From: a bacterium
GTDB taxonomy: Bacteria > Zhuqueibacterota > Zhuqueibacteria > Oceanimicrobiales > Oceanimicrobiaceae
Length of the DNA: 64,000 nucleotides
Direction: 5' to 3'
NCBI GenBank assembly: GCA_046757025.1
Contig: JBHHXN010000002.1
Location: 32,001-96,000, forward strand
Made by a program: the position numbers and the translations under genes. The notes under the pieces were generated by a model. The model was not told the DNA's origin and ran no database searches. It saw only the letters and a program-made list of their open reading frames with translations. Positions 1-9,469 of the stretch are shown here, piece by piece. How positions within the stretch are numbered: position 1 is the first letter of the stretch; each line of letters opens with the position of its first letter.

Positions 1-2
1 CG

Positions 3-128
3 GTGTTAAAATTCTACAAACTCAATCAACCAAAAGAGGCGGTGGATCTTTTCAAACGCTACCTCAAAATGAATCCCGCGGATTCGGAGGCCACGAGTAT
101 TCGTCAAATCATCAACAGTGTTAAGTGA
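3..128 (+). CDS. 3' end of a gene truncated by the window edge, probably a TPR-containing protein
   Basis: Open frame VLKFYKLNQPKEAVDLFKRYLKMNPADSEATSIRQIINSVK* ending at TGA 126-128; 'EAVDLFKRYLKMNP' resembles TPR helix B. Confidence 0.5.
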   Translation: MLKFYKLNQPKEAVDLFKRYLKMNPADSEATSIRQIINSVK

Positions 129-313
129 GCTTGCTGCTGTCGTATGAGGCGTTAAATGGATATCATTTTTAATCCACGACTCTTTTGCAAATGATGGATA
201 AAGAAAGGAATATCCGACAAGATCAATTTGTAGTTTAAACCACCGAATACCAATTCTTAATTTGATTATCTGATAAAAAAGGGGCCATAGCAATTTACTA
301 TCAAAAGGTTAAA

Positions 314-2908
314 ATGCCATCAAGAGCTTTCTTCATCGTTTTAGCTCTTCTGTTTGTGGCGGTAGGCAGTTATTTATTTTTTCATTCAAATTCAAAGGAA
401 ACACCGGCGTGGACGGTTCAAAAGTCGAAAGCGCTGGCGTCGCTGGAATTCTGGAACGACCAACGCGCCTACCCTACAAACTCCATTCCGGATGCCGGTT
501 TTTTCTCGGCATTTCAATACTCTAAAAGTAATTTGTCCAACACGTTCGATTCCCTGCTGGTACAGCCGTGGCAAACTCTGGGGCCGCACAACATTGGCGG
601 CCGCACCCTGGCTCTGGCCTTGAATCCACAAAACCCGCAAACCCTGTATGCGGGATCGGCCAGCGGGGGTTTGTGGCGCAGTTACTCGGGGGGCGTGGGC
701 GCGCAGGCTTGGGAGTACGTTTCCACGGGTTTTCCGGTGTTGGGGGTGAGCGCCATTGCCATTGCCGAGCACGATTCCAACGTCATTTACATCGGTACTG
801 GCGAGGTTTACAATTATCAAAATGCGGGCACCGGCTTTACCTTGCGCCCCACCCGAGGCAGCTACGGCATCGGCATCCTGAAAACCACTGACGGCGGTAT
901 GACCTGGACACCCAGCCTGGATTGGACCGCCAACCAGAAACGCGGGGTCTGGGCCGTCCGAATCAATCCGCTGAATCCGAATACCGTGTGGGCCGCCACC
1001 ACGGAAGGGGTTTATAAGTCGCTGGATGCAGGTACTTCCTGGCATCTACAAAACTCGACCAAAATGATCATGGATCTGGTCCTGCATACGCAAGATACCA
1101 ATACCGTGTACATCGCTGCTGGTAATTTGCGCTCAAGCGGGCGCGGTATTTATCGCACCCAGGACGGCGGCCAAACCTGGGAGCCGCTCATTCAGGGCTT
1201 GCCGGATGATTTTGGCGGCAAAGTGCAACTGGCCACGTGTGCTTCCGCAGGGAATATATTATATGCCAGTTTCGGAAACAGTACGTCGTCAAGGGATTCG
1301 TTTACCCGGCTCTGCCGAACCGAGGATGGCGGCGATACCTGGCAAATCGTCAACAGCACCGATTATTCATTGTGGCAGGGATGGTTTTCTCACGATGTGG
1401 CCGTGCATCCTCAACAAGCGCATGTTTTAATGGCGGTGGGCATCAGCGTTTGGAAATCCACCAGCGCTGGCGAAATACTAAATGAAAAAGGCGGAGGCGG
1501 GATTCCTTACGGACGCCCGCCAGTTGGGGGACCGGAAGGACCCGCTAACTACGTCCATGCAGATATTCATGACGTCATCTATGATCCGTCCAATCCGAAT
1601 GTAATTTATTTTGCCACCGATGGCGGGATTTTTCGCTCTACGGATGGCGGGGAAACCTTTGAAGGCTGCAACGGCGGTTATCAGACCACGCAATTTTACC
1701 AAGGCGTAGCCAGCTCCCGCCAGGATTCGTTGCTCCTGATCGGCGGCATGCAGGATAACGGCAGCGCCATTTTTGACGGCCAGCTTGCCTGGCAGCGAGT
1801 GTGGGGCGGCGACGGCGCTTTTACCGCCATCCATTCCAAAAACGACCGCATCATCTACACTTCCTCCCAGAGGCTCAATATAGTCAAATCGTTTGACCGC
1901 GGCGCCAATTGGAACCGCCTCACCAAAGTGCCCGACACCGGCGGTACCGCCTTCATTGCTCCTTTTATTTTAGCCGAGACCGATCCCGAGGTGATTTACG
2001 CCGGTCGCAGCGTGGTGTACAAATCCACCAATGGCGGCCTGAGCTGGCAAAGCACCAACAGCGGCCCCCCCCTGGACAGAAACCCGCTGCTGGCATTTGC
2101 CATTTCACACCAAAATGACGATGTGGTTTACGCCAGTACAGCGCCGGTCTATTTTCGCGCCGGTGTTTATCGAACAACCAATAGCGGCGCAACCTGGGAA
2201 AATATCACCGGCAACCTGCCCGATCGCTACCCGGTAGATTTAGCCGTTGATGCCAACGACGATGCCACCGTTTACGTGGTGTTTTCCGGATTTGGCACGT
2301 CGCACCTATTTATGTCGCCGGATGCGGGAGAGAGCTGGCAAGACATCGGAGCGGGGTTGCCGGACGTACCGACTTCGGCCATTGTGGTGGATCCCGAGTT
2401 TCCGGATCATCTGTACGTGGGAAACGACTTGGGGGTTTATGTGACGACAAACGGTGGCCGCAACTGGCTGGAATATTCCACCGGTCTGCCAGACGCCGTC
2501 ATCGTCATGGATTTAATTATCAGCCCGGTCAACCGCAAATTGCGTGTGGCCACCCACGGCAACGGTTTCTTTGAAAGACCACTCATCCAGGGTAACCTCA
2601 CTGAGGTTGTTAAACATCCCATATCAGTCGGTGAATTTAAATTGGCCGCCAATTATCCCAATCCGTTTAACCCCTCCACCACCATTGAATATGTTTTACC
2701 GGGGCCGGCGCTGGTCAGACTGGAAATATTCAATCTGAAAGGCGAAAGAGTTACAACTCTGATCCACTCGCAGCAAAGTGCGGGATCTCATCGAGTTGAT
2801 TGGGACGGAACCACCGACCGCGGGCTTGCCGTGAGCTCCGGAGTGTACCTCTACCGATTGTCAACCCGCGCTTTTACGACCTCCCGCAAGATGATGTTGA
2901 TTCGATAA
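314..2908 (+). CDS. Secreted Asp-box/BNR-repeat beta-propeller protein (GH74/sortilin-like) with C-terminal FlgD-Ig/T9SS-type sorting domain
   Basis: N-terminal hydrophobic signal; many S/T-x-D/N-G-G-x-T/S-W Asp-box repeats; 'GPHNIGGRT', 'VHADIH', 'ATHGNG' motifs; C-terminal 'NYPNPFNPSTTI...WDG...SSGVYLYRL...KMMLIR'. Confidence 0.85.
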   Translation: MPSRAFFIVLALLFVAVGSYLFFHSNSKETPAWTVQKSKALASLEFWNDQRAYPTNSIPDAGFFSAFQYSKSNLSNTFDSLLVQPWQTLGPHNIGGRTLALALNPQNPQTLYAGSASGGLWRSYSGGVGAQAWEYVSTGFPVLGVSAIAIAEHDSNVIYIGTGEVYNYQNAGTGFTLRPTRGSYGIGILKTTDGGMTWTPSLDWTANQKRGVWAVRINPLNPNTVWAATTEGVYKSLDAGTSWHLQNSTKMIMDLVLHTQDTNTVYIAAGNLRSSGRGIYRTQDGGQTWEPLIQGLPDDFGGKVQLATCASAGNILYASFGNSTSSRDSFTRLCRTEDGGDTWQIVNSTDYSLWQGWFSHDVAVHPQQAHVLMAVGISVWKSTSAGEILNEKGGGGIPYGRPPVGGPEGPANYVHADIHDVIYDPSNPNVIYFATDGGIFRSTDGGETFEGCNGGYQTTQFYQGVASSRQDSLLLIGGMQDNGSAIFDGQLAWQRVWGGDGAFTAIHSKNDRIIYTSSQRLNIVKSFDRGANWNRLTKVPDTGGTAFIAPFILAETDPEVIYAGRSVVYKSTNGGLSWQSTNSGPPLDRNPLLAFAISHQNDDVVYASTAPVYFRAGVYRTTNSGATWENITGNLPDRYPVDLAVDANDDATVYVVFSGFGTSHLFMSPDAGESWQDIGAGLPDVPTSAIVVDPEFPDHLYVGNDLGVYVTTNGGRNWLEYSTGLPDAVIVMDLIISPVNRKLRVATHGNGFFERPLIQGNLTEVVKHPISVGEFKLAANYPNPFNPSTTIEYVLPGPALVRLEIFNLKGERVTTLIHSQQSAGSHRVDWDGTTDRGLAVSSGVYLYRLSTRAFTTSRKMMLIR

Positions 2909-2959
2909 AGAGCGGCTCAAAATGTTTATTCCCTTTTAAAAAAAGCCAGGAAATGAGAC

Positions 2960-4054
2960 ATGGCATTCTGCAATTTCCAGCTTAATTCAGAAAACGCCAA
3001 AAAAGAATCTCTATTTACCCAAAAGAGAATCTTTGCCGGCTTGCGCTATTTCGCCATGTTCACGGTTCTGGGTTTGGCCATACTTTTTTACCTCACCAGT
3101 ACCTCAGAAACGTTTGCAGCGCTTTCAAAATTAAAATGGCCGCTTCTAGTTTCAGCCGCTTTCCTGCAAATAGTAGATATCGGCTTTGGCGCCTGGCGCA
3201 ATCACGTCCTGGTGCGAATTATCAAACCCGGTGTCCCCCCCTGGCTCTGTTTTAAAGCGCAGCTGGCCAATGAGTTTGGAGCAGCCGTCACCCCCGGTCA
3301 AAGCGGCGGCGGACCTGCCTGGCTGTTTATTCTCTACCGAGGCGGCATTCCAGTGCTTTCGGCCGCCGCGGTCAGCGTGCTGGTTTTTCTCACCACCTTG
3401 CTTTTTTTTCTGATAACCACCGCCATTTCGATTTTGTTTATCGATGATCGCATATCCAGTGGCATTTTGCTTTCCCTCTTGCACTATGGTTTCATTACTT
3501 GCAGTATTCTGCTTATTTTTATCCTCCTCAGTCTTTGGATGCCGGATCGTTTGTCCCGGGCTCTAGATGGCATCGTCCAAAGATTGCGGACCACTGAAAG
3601 AACCTGGCTCGTCAAATCGGCCGCTTTGGTGGAACAAGCATTATCGGGAATGCAGCTCTATCAAAACACCGGTATGCAGTTACTTCGTGAGAATCGAGCA
3701 GCGATTTTCAAAACGTTTTTAGTCACCAGCCTGTACTACTTTGGCAAATTGAATCTGGCCTTTTTACTGCTTCTGGGGCTGGGATTACAGGTGGACTACC
3801 TGGCAGCGATGGCGGTTTTGGCCTTGCTGCGATTCATCCTGTATTTTTCACCCACGCCCGGCGGCAGCGGCCTCGGGGAATTCAGCATTGCCGCGCTCAT
3901 GTCCACCATCATGCCGTCGCATCTTTTGCCTATCTACACCGTCCTCTATCGCGCGTTTCACCTGTTCCTGCCGGCTTCTTTTGGCGCCTGGATTTTACTT
4001 TCAGAGCTCAAAAAAAAAATCCGAAATAAAACGCGAATAATGTCACTGCTGTAA
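2960..4054 (+). CDS. Lysylphosphatidylglycerol-synthase TM-domain (flippase-like, UPF0104/YbhN) membrane protein
   Basis: Multi-TM protein with 'TPGQSGGGP' and 'PTPGGSGLGE...YR' family motifs. Confidence 0.8.
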   Translation: MAFCNFQLNSENAKKESLFTQKRIFAGLRYFAMFTVLGLAILFYLTSTSETFAALSKLKWPLLVSAAFLQIVDIGFGAWRNHVLVRIIKPGVPPWLCFKAQLANEFGAAVTPGQSGGGPAWLFILYRGGIPVLSAAAVSVLVFLTTLLFFLITTAISILFIDDRISSGILLSLLHYGFITCSILLIFILLSLWMPDRLSRALDGIVQRLRTTERTWLVKSAALVEQALSGMQLYQNTGMQLLRENRAAIFKTFLVTSLYYFGKLNLAFLLLLGLGLQVDYLAAMAVLALLRFILYFSPTPGGSGLGEFSIAALMSTIMPSHLLPIYTVLYRAFHLFLPASFGAWILLSELKKKIRNKTRIMSLL

Positions 4055-4137
4055 ATGTTATACAAAGATCAAATGAATAACCGATAAATTATTAAGAGAA
4101 CATTCATGGTTGCTTTTCAAATTCGGCATCAAGAGGC

Positions 4138-4166
4138 TTGCATTCTTCTGTGCCTTATGTTATTTT
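4138..4166 (+). promoter_or_regulatory. Putative sigma70 promoter of the kinase-lyase operon
   Basis: TTGCAT (4138-4143), 17 bp spacer, TATTTT (4161-4166) with extended -10 TG; 25 bp upstream of ATG 4192. Confidence 0.45.
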
Positions 4167-4191
4167 CTGAAATCAATTTAATTTTCAACTT

Positions 4192-5763
4192 ATGAACGAC
4201 TACATTTTAGCAATTGATCTTGGGACCAGCGGACCCAAAGTGGCGCTGGTTTCCACTACTGGCAAAGTGGCGGCTTTTGCTTTCGAAGAAACGCCGATTT
4301 ACCTGGCTGATCAAGAAAGTGCCGAACAAAATCCGGACGATTGGTGGAACGCCATCTTGCACGCGGCTAAAAAGGTCCTGGCAACCGCCACGATTCCGGC
4401 GGAGAAAATCCGTGCAGTCAGTTGCACAGCCCAGTGGTCCGGTACGGTAGCGGTGGGTCAAAATGGCCAGCCACTGCAAAATGCCATCATCTGGATGGAC
4501 GCACGCGGAGCGAAGTTTGTACCGAAAATAACCCGGGGGCTCCTGAATGTTCAAGGATATAGTCTCCGAAAATTAATTACATGGCTGCGATTGACCGGCG
4601 GTGTTCCGGGTATGGCTGGTAAAGATTCCATCGCCCACATCTTGTACCTGAAAAATGTGCGGCCGGAAATTTACCAAAAGACCTACAAATTTCTGGAACC
4701 CAAAGATTACCTCAATTTAAAATTGTGCGGCAAATACGCCGCCACGTTTGACTCCATGGCGTTGCACTGGATAACCGACAACCGCGACCTTTCGAATGTC
4801 ACTTATGACGAGGGGTTAGTTGAGTGGTCAACTATCCACCGAGAAAAACTGCCCGAGCTGACATACGCAGTCTCCATACTGGGTCCAATAAAAAAGGAAG
4901 TGGCCGCGGAGCTGGGGCTGAGTGAAAGTGTGCAGGTCATCGCCGGCGCCCCGGACGTGCAATCGGCGGCTATTGGCTCGGGGGCGGTGCTCGATTTTCA
5001 GGCTCATCTCTATATCGGAACTTCCTCATGGCTGACCTGTCACGTCCCATTTAAAAAAACCGATTTGCTGCATCACATTGCCACCTTACCCTCTGCCATT
5101 TCAAACAGATATTTTGTGGCCAATGAACAGGAAAACGCCGGCGTTTGTCTGAAGTTTTTGAAAAAAGCCCTTTTTCCCGATCATGCAGAATCACCGGGCT
5201 CGGCTGAACACGATATTCCTTTCGACCGTTTCGAAACGCAAATCCAGAACGTGCCGGCCGGCAGCGAACGCGTTATTTTCACTCCCTGGCTCAACGGTGA
5301 GCGTACTCCCGTAGAAAATCACCTTGTGCGAGCCGGTTTTCACAATTTATCCCTTCAGACTACCCGCGCACATTTAATTCGAGCCGTTTACGAAGGTGTG
5401 GCGTTGAACTCCCGCTGGCTGCTCGGGCACGTCGAAAAGTTTGTGAAAAAAAAATTCGAGGCCATCAATCTCATTGGGGGAGGAGCCAATTCCAGAGCCT
5501 GGTGCCAGATTCACGCGGATATCCTCAATCGTCCCATCCGCCAGATGAAAGATCCCATTCAGGCCAATCTCCGCGGGGCGGCTTTTTTAGCGGCGGTGGC
5601 GTTGGGACAATTAAAATTTCAGGATATTCCGAATCAGGTGCAAATTGCCGAAACCTTTCATCCCAATTCAAGCAATCGCCAGATCTATGACGAGCTGTTT
5701 AAAGAATTTGTGAATCTTTATCATAAAAACAAAAAGATTTATTTTAGACTAAATAATCGTTAA
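4192..5763 (+). CDS. FGGY-family carbohydrate kinase (xylulokinase-like; substrate uncertain)
   Basis: 'IDLGTSGPK', 'EQNPDDWW', 'IWMDARG', 'IGTSSW', 'PWLNGERTP', 'RAVYEGVA', 'GGGANS' motifs. Confidence 0.9.
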   Translation: MNDYILAIDLGTSGPKVALVSTTGKVAAFAFEETPIYLADQESAEQNPDDWWNAILHAAKKVLATATIPAEKIRAVSCTAQWSGTVAVGQNGQPLQNAIIWMDARGAKFVPKITRGLLNVQGYSLRKLITWLRLTGGVPGMAGKDSIAHILYLKNVRPEIYQKTYKFLEPKDYLNLKLCGKYAATFDSMALHWITDNRDLSNVTYDEGLVEWSTIHREKLPELTYAVSILGPIKKEVAAELGLSESVQVIAGAPDVQSAAIGSGAVLDFQAHLYIGTSSWLTCHVPFKKTDLLHHIATLPSAISNRYFVANEQENAGVCLKFLKKALFPDHAESPGSAEHDIPFDRFETQIQNVPAGSERVIFTPWLNGERTPVENHLVRAGFHNLSLQTTRAHLIRAVYEGVALNSRWLLGHVEKFVKKKFEAINLIGGGANSRAWCQIHADILNRPIRQMKDPIQANLRGAAFLAAVALGQLKFQDIPNQVQIAETFHPNSSNRQIYDELFKEFVNLYHKNKKIYFRLNNR

Positions 5764-5812
5764 GCACAATCCAATCAGTAATTTGCCAGTCAATTGAATA
5801 TGTGAGGACCAA

Positions 5813-7327
5813 ATGGAATCCCTGGATTTTTTAATTAATATATTCGGTCGTCTAAATCCCCGTTTTACCAGAATGCTTGAAAAACGGCTCAAGTCCGTTC
5901 CTTTTATCCAGAATAAAATTCAACAAGAATTTGACGAAATCTTACAAGAGCTGGAAAGCTCGCTCAAGCCTTACAAAGAAAAATTTCATACTTACTCGGA
6001 GCTGCCAGAAAAAGGGGAGGGCTACCAGGAAATTCTCCAGGAAATGCAGCAGTTTTGCAATTTAGAAAAATCACGCTGGCAGGAGGGCCGGGTCTCGGGT
6101 GCGGTGTACCACGGCGACGAGGTGCACATCGATTTTTTGAACCAGGTTTACGCTCTCAATTCACAGAGCAATCCACTGCATTCGGACCTCTGGCCCAGTA
6201 CCACCAAATTTGAAGCAGAAGTGGTGGCCATGACTGCTGAAATGCTCGGAGCTAAACATTCTCAAAACCCGGGTGAGATCTGCGGGGTAGTGACTTCCGG
6301 CGGAACCGAAAGCATTTTACTGGCCATGAAAACCTACCGCGATCAAGCTATGGAACAAAAAAAAATCAAGCACCCGGAAATGATCGTTCCCGTCACCGCC
6401 CACGCCGCCTTCGAGAAAGCGGCTCAGTACTTCAACATCAAAATGGTACGCATCCCGGTGGACGCCAATTTTCAGGCAACCGTCGATGAAGTCAAAAAGG
6501 CCATCAGTCGCAACACCGTAGTCATTGTAGGGTCCGCGCCCTCTTTTCCACACGGCATCATCGATCCTATCGAACAAATGTCTGAGCTGGCGCGGCAAAA
6601 TGACGTCGGTTTTCATACGGATGGTTGTCTGGGCGGATTTATCCTGCCCTGGGCTGAAAAACTGGGCTATGCCGTGCCGCCTTTTGATTTCCGGCTGCCC
6701 GGCGTCACTTCCATCTCAGCGGACACGCACAAGTACGGCTACGCTGCCAAAGGCACCTCGGTGATTTTGTATCGCCGAAGGAAACTGCGTCAATTTCAGT
6801 ATTTTGTGACTACCGAATGGCCAGGTGGTTTGTACTTTTCCCCCACCTTTGCCGGCAGTCGCCCGGGGGCTTTGAGCGCGGCCTGCTGGGCTGCCATGAT
6901 CTCCATGGGCAAACAAGGATATTTAAACGCCACACAGAAAATACTGCAAACTGCTGGAAATATAAAGGACGAAATCACGCAGATTCCCGGAATAAAGGTA
7001 CTAGGGGATCCACTTTGGGTCATCGCATTTACTTCGGACTCCATGGATATCTACAAAATCATGGATGTCATGGCGAAAAAAGGCTGGAATTTAAATGGCT
7101 TGCACAATCCTTCCTGCGTTCACCTTTGTGTGACTTTGCGCCACACACAGCCCGGCGTGGCGGAAAAATTTGTCGCGGATCTGAAACTCGCCGTAGATGA
7201 GGTGAGAAAAAATCCCGAACAAAAGGGCACAATGGCACCGGTGTACGGGCTGGCAGCGCGACTGCCAATGCGGGGTATCGTTGGCGACTTGCTCAAAAAA
7301 TTTATGGATCTGCTTTATAAAATTTGA
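5813..7327 (+). CDS. Sphingosine-1-phosphate lyase-like PLP-dependent enzyme (group II decarboxylase fold)
   Basis: SPL signature motifs 'SGAVYHG', '[10 protein letters not shown]', 'TSGGTESIL', '[12 protein letters not shown]', '[12 protein letters not shown]', 'HTDGCLGGF', '[13 protein letters not shown]' (PLP lysine), 'GSRPG'. Confidence 0.88.
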   Translation: MESLDFLINIFGRLNPRFTRMLEKRLKSVPFIQNKIQQEFDEILQELESSLKPYKEKFHTYSELPEKGEGYQEILQEMQQFCNLEKSRWQEGRVSGAVYHGDEVHIDFLNQVYALNSQSNPLHSDLWPSTTKFEAEVVAMTAEMLGAKHSQNPGEICGVVTSGGTESILLAMKTYRDQAMEQKKIKHPEMIVPVTAHAAFEKAAQYFNIKMVRIPVDANFQATVDEVKKAISRNTVVIVGSAPSFPHGIIDPIEQMSELARQNDVGFHTDGCLGGFILPWAEKLGYAVPPFDFRLPGVTSISADTHKYGYAAKGTSVILYRRRKLRQFQYFVTTEWPGGLYFSPTFAGSRPGALSAACWAAMISMGKQGYLNATQKILQTAGNIKDEITQIPGIKVLGDPLWVIAFTSDSMDIYKIMDVMAKKGWNLNGLHNPSCVHLCVTLRHTQPGVAEKFVADLKLAVDEVRKNPEQKGTMAPVYGLAARLPMRGIVGDLLKKFMDLLYKI

Positions 7328-7366
7328 ATCGAAACTATCTTCAAGCTTGACCGTGATAGCGGCCCT

Positions 7367-9118
7367 TCAAATCAGAGGCCGCGGTCGGCTGATGCCGTAC
7401 CCCTGGGCATAATCCACACCGATTTTTTTCAGCTTGGCCAGGATCTCGGCGCTTTCAACAAACTCGGCTATGGTTCTTTTTCCCATGACCTTACCGATTT
7501 CATTGATGGATTTCACCATGGCAAAATCGATGGGATCGTCCACGATGTCCTTCACAAACATACCGTCGATCTTGATGAAGTCCACCGGCAACCTTTTCAA
7601 GTAAGCGAAAGATGAAAATCCGCTGCCAAAATCATCCAAAGCAAATAAGCAGCCTTTTCGTTTCAACACCTTAAAAAATTCAATGGCGTTTGCGAGATTG
7701 GCAATGGCCGCGGTTTCGGTAACTTCAAAGCATATTTTCTCCTGCGGAATGGGCGCTTCTTCCAACTGCTTGATGATAAATTTCAGCAGGTCGGGGTCTC
7801 CCAGCGACTGAGCGGACAGGTTTATGGAACATATTTTCAACTTATTTAATTCTTGCGGATGGCACTTGAGCCATTCAATTGCGTTGCAAACCACCCAGCG
7901 ATCGAGTTTGTCCGACAAGTTGTAGCGTTCGGCAGCCGGCAAAAACGCTGCCGGCAAAATCATGCGGCCATCGTCTTCCTCCATTCGAATAAGCAGCTCG
8001 TAATGGTCGCCCTGGCCGCCGTTCGCCACCGCGGCAATGGTCTGAAAAAACAACCGAAAGCGATTGCCTTCGAGCGCTTTATTGATGCGGGCTACCGATT
8101 GCATTTCACCCTGCCTTCTGGCCAGCTCGGTATCGGTTTCATCATATATTTGAATGCGGTTGCGGCCCTTGTCCTTTGCAACAAAACACGCTTCGTCTGC
8201 TTTGCTTAACAGACTGGCGGTATTATGACTGCTTGCGTTCACCGGCACCAGCCCGATACTCACACGAACATTGAAACTTTTATCATCCCAGACAAACTTA
8301 AATTTCCGAAGGGATTTCTTCAGCCCATTGGCGATGCGTTTCGCCTGTCTCAAGGAACAGTTTTCGATCAAAATGCCAAATTCATCGCCGCCTAACCGCG
8401 CCAGTGTACTGGAAGGATTCATTTTGCGATTTAAAAATCGACTCACCTGCCGAAGCAATTCATCGCCGGCAACGTGCCCGCAGGTATCGTTGATGACTTT
8501 AAACTGGTCCAGATCCAGAAAACACATGGCGTGCTCCAGATTCTCCGCCATTGCGCTGTCCAGCATCCGCCGCAGCCGTCGTTCAAATTCACGCCGATTG
8601 ATCAGGCCGGTTAAACTGTCGTGATTCTCCTGATAGGAAAGCTTCTCAAATAACAGCCGGGTTTCGGTGACTTCCTCAGACACCACCAGAATTACCGGCG
8701 GGCTTTTACCGTTCCGGGTCACCCGATACGTGTCTCTCACCCAGATCACCGAGCCGTCTTTCTTACGGCGACGGTTGTCCGCTTGATGAATCTTTTCAGG
8801 CACTCGCATTAGGGAATTCAAAGTCTGCACCATCTCGGACCAATTTTCTTCCGGGGTGATTTCCAACACCCTTTTCGCGCACAGTTCTTGTTCATCGTAA
8901 CCCAGATGATTCACCAGAAAAGCATTGGCAGACAATATCTGACCCTCCGGATCCATGGTAAAATACATGGTCGGTTGCTCCTCGAACAAAAAACAACCGT
9001 TGCAGGGATTCGGCATACGTGTTCTTCTTGACCTGACCTTCCTCGTATTTTGAAAGTGAATAGCAGACTTTCCGCGGACGGGTCTCGTTGTTGGGGGATG
9101 CTTCATGCTTTGATCCAA
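7367..9118 (-). CDS. PAS-GGDEF-EAL c-di-GMP cyclase/phosphodiesterase
   Basis: PAS ('RRKKDGSVIWV'), 'HDSLTGLINRR', 'LDLDQFKVIND..GHVAGD', intact GGDEF without RxxD I-site, ELL-type EAL with 'DDFGSG', 'IKIDG', 'QGY'. True start may be downstream of 9118. Confidence 0.92.
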   Translation of the reverse strand: MDQSMKHPPTTRPVRGKSAIHFQNTRKVRSRRTRMPNPCNGCFLFEEQPTMYFTMDPEGQILSANAFLVNHLGYDEQELCAKRVLEITPEENWSEMVQTLNSLMRVPEKIHQADNRRRKKDGSVIWVRDTYRVTRNGKSPPVILVVSEEVTETRLLFEKLSYQENHDSLTGLINRREFERRLRRMLDSAMAENLEHAMCFLDLDQFKVINDTCGHVAGDELLRQVSRFLNRKMNPSSTLARLGGDEFGILIENCSLRQAKRIANGLKKSLRKFKFVWDDKSFNVRVSIGLVPVNASSHNTASLLSKADEACFVAKDKGRNRIQIYDETDTELARRQGEMQSVARINKALEGNRFRLFFQTIAAVANGGQGDHYELLIRMEEDDGRMILPAAFLPAAERYNLSDKLDRWVVCNAIEWLKCHPQELNKLKICSINLSAQSLGDPDLLKFIIKQLEEAPIPQEKICFEVTETAAIANLANAIEFFKVLKRKGCLFALDDFGSGFSSFAYLKRLPVDFIKIDGMFVKDIVDDPIDFAMVKSINEIGKVMGKRTIAEFVESAEILAKLKKIGVDYAQGYGISRPRPLI

Positions 9119-9265
9119 TCATGGAATTAAAAGGATAGCAAAAATCATTTAAGAATTTTAATATTCTGAGCTATTAATATCGTCTGCTCCCCGCAAATCT
9201 TGACCAGAGCCTGACAGTTCTGAGTTCAATAGAGGAGCCGTTTTCCTTACATTTTTGGAATTTTT

Positions 9266-9329
9266 GTTTAATTTTTTTAACCTGTTTACCTCATTCTGAG
9301 TTTTACCCGATCCGGGAGTTAAATCAAAA
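9266..9329. repeat. 64-bp dispersed direct repeat, copy 1 (intergenic)
   Basis: GTTTAATTTTTTTAACCTGTTTACCTCATTCTGAGTTTTACCCGATCCGGGAGTTAAATCAAAA; 62/64 identical to 25453-25516. Confidence 0.95.
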
Positions 9330-9469
9330 AGAATGGCGAGAGAAACCGTCTGATGGAATTTTGCAAATGGGTAAGTCACAAGGAGTGCGTTTCTATATCA
9401 CAAACCGCGTCAGTAAATAGATCAAAAAAATGAAGTTAAAATTGCAAAATGGTACTCCCTTTAAAATCA

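Noticed and set aside
9275..9324. attC-like ends (TTTTAAC...GTTAAAT) in the 64-bp repeat
   Set aside because: Too short, no convincing L boxes, and no integrase or cassette array.
9158..9379. 73-aa ORF with a Walker-A-like 'GSGKT'
   Set aside because: The motif lies wholly within the 64-bp repeat; there is no surrounding NTPase fold and the start is weak. Not called as a gene.
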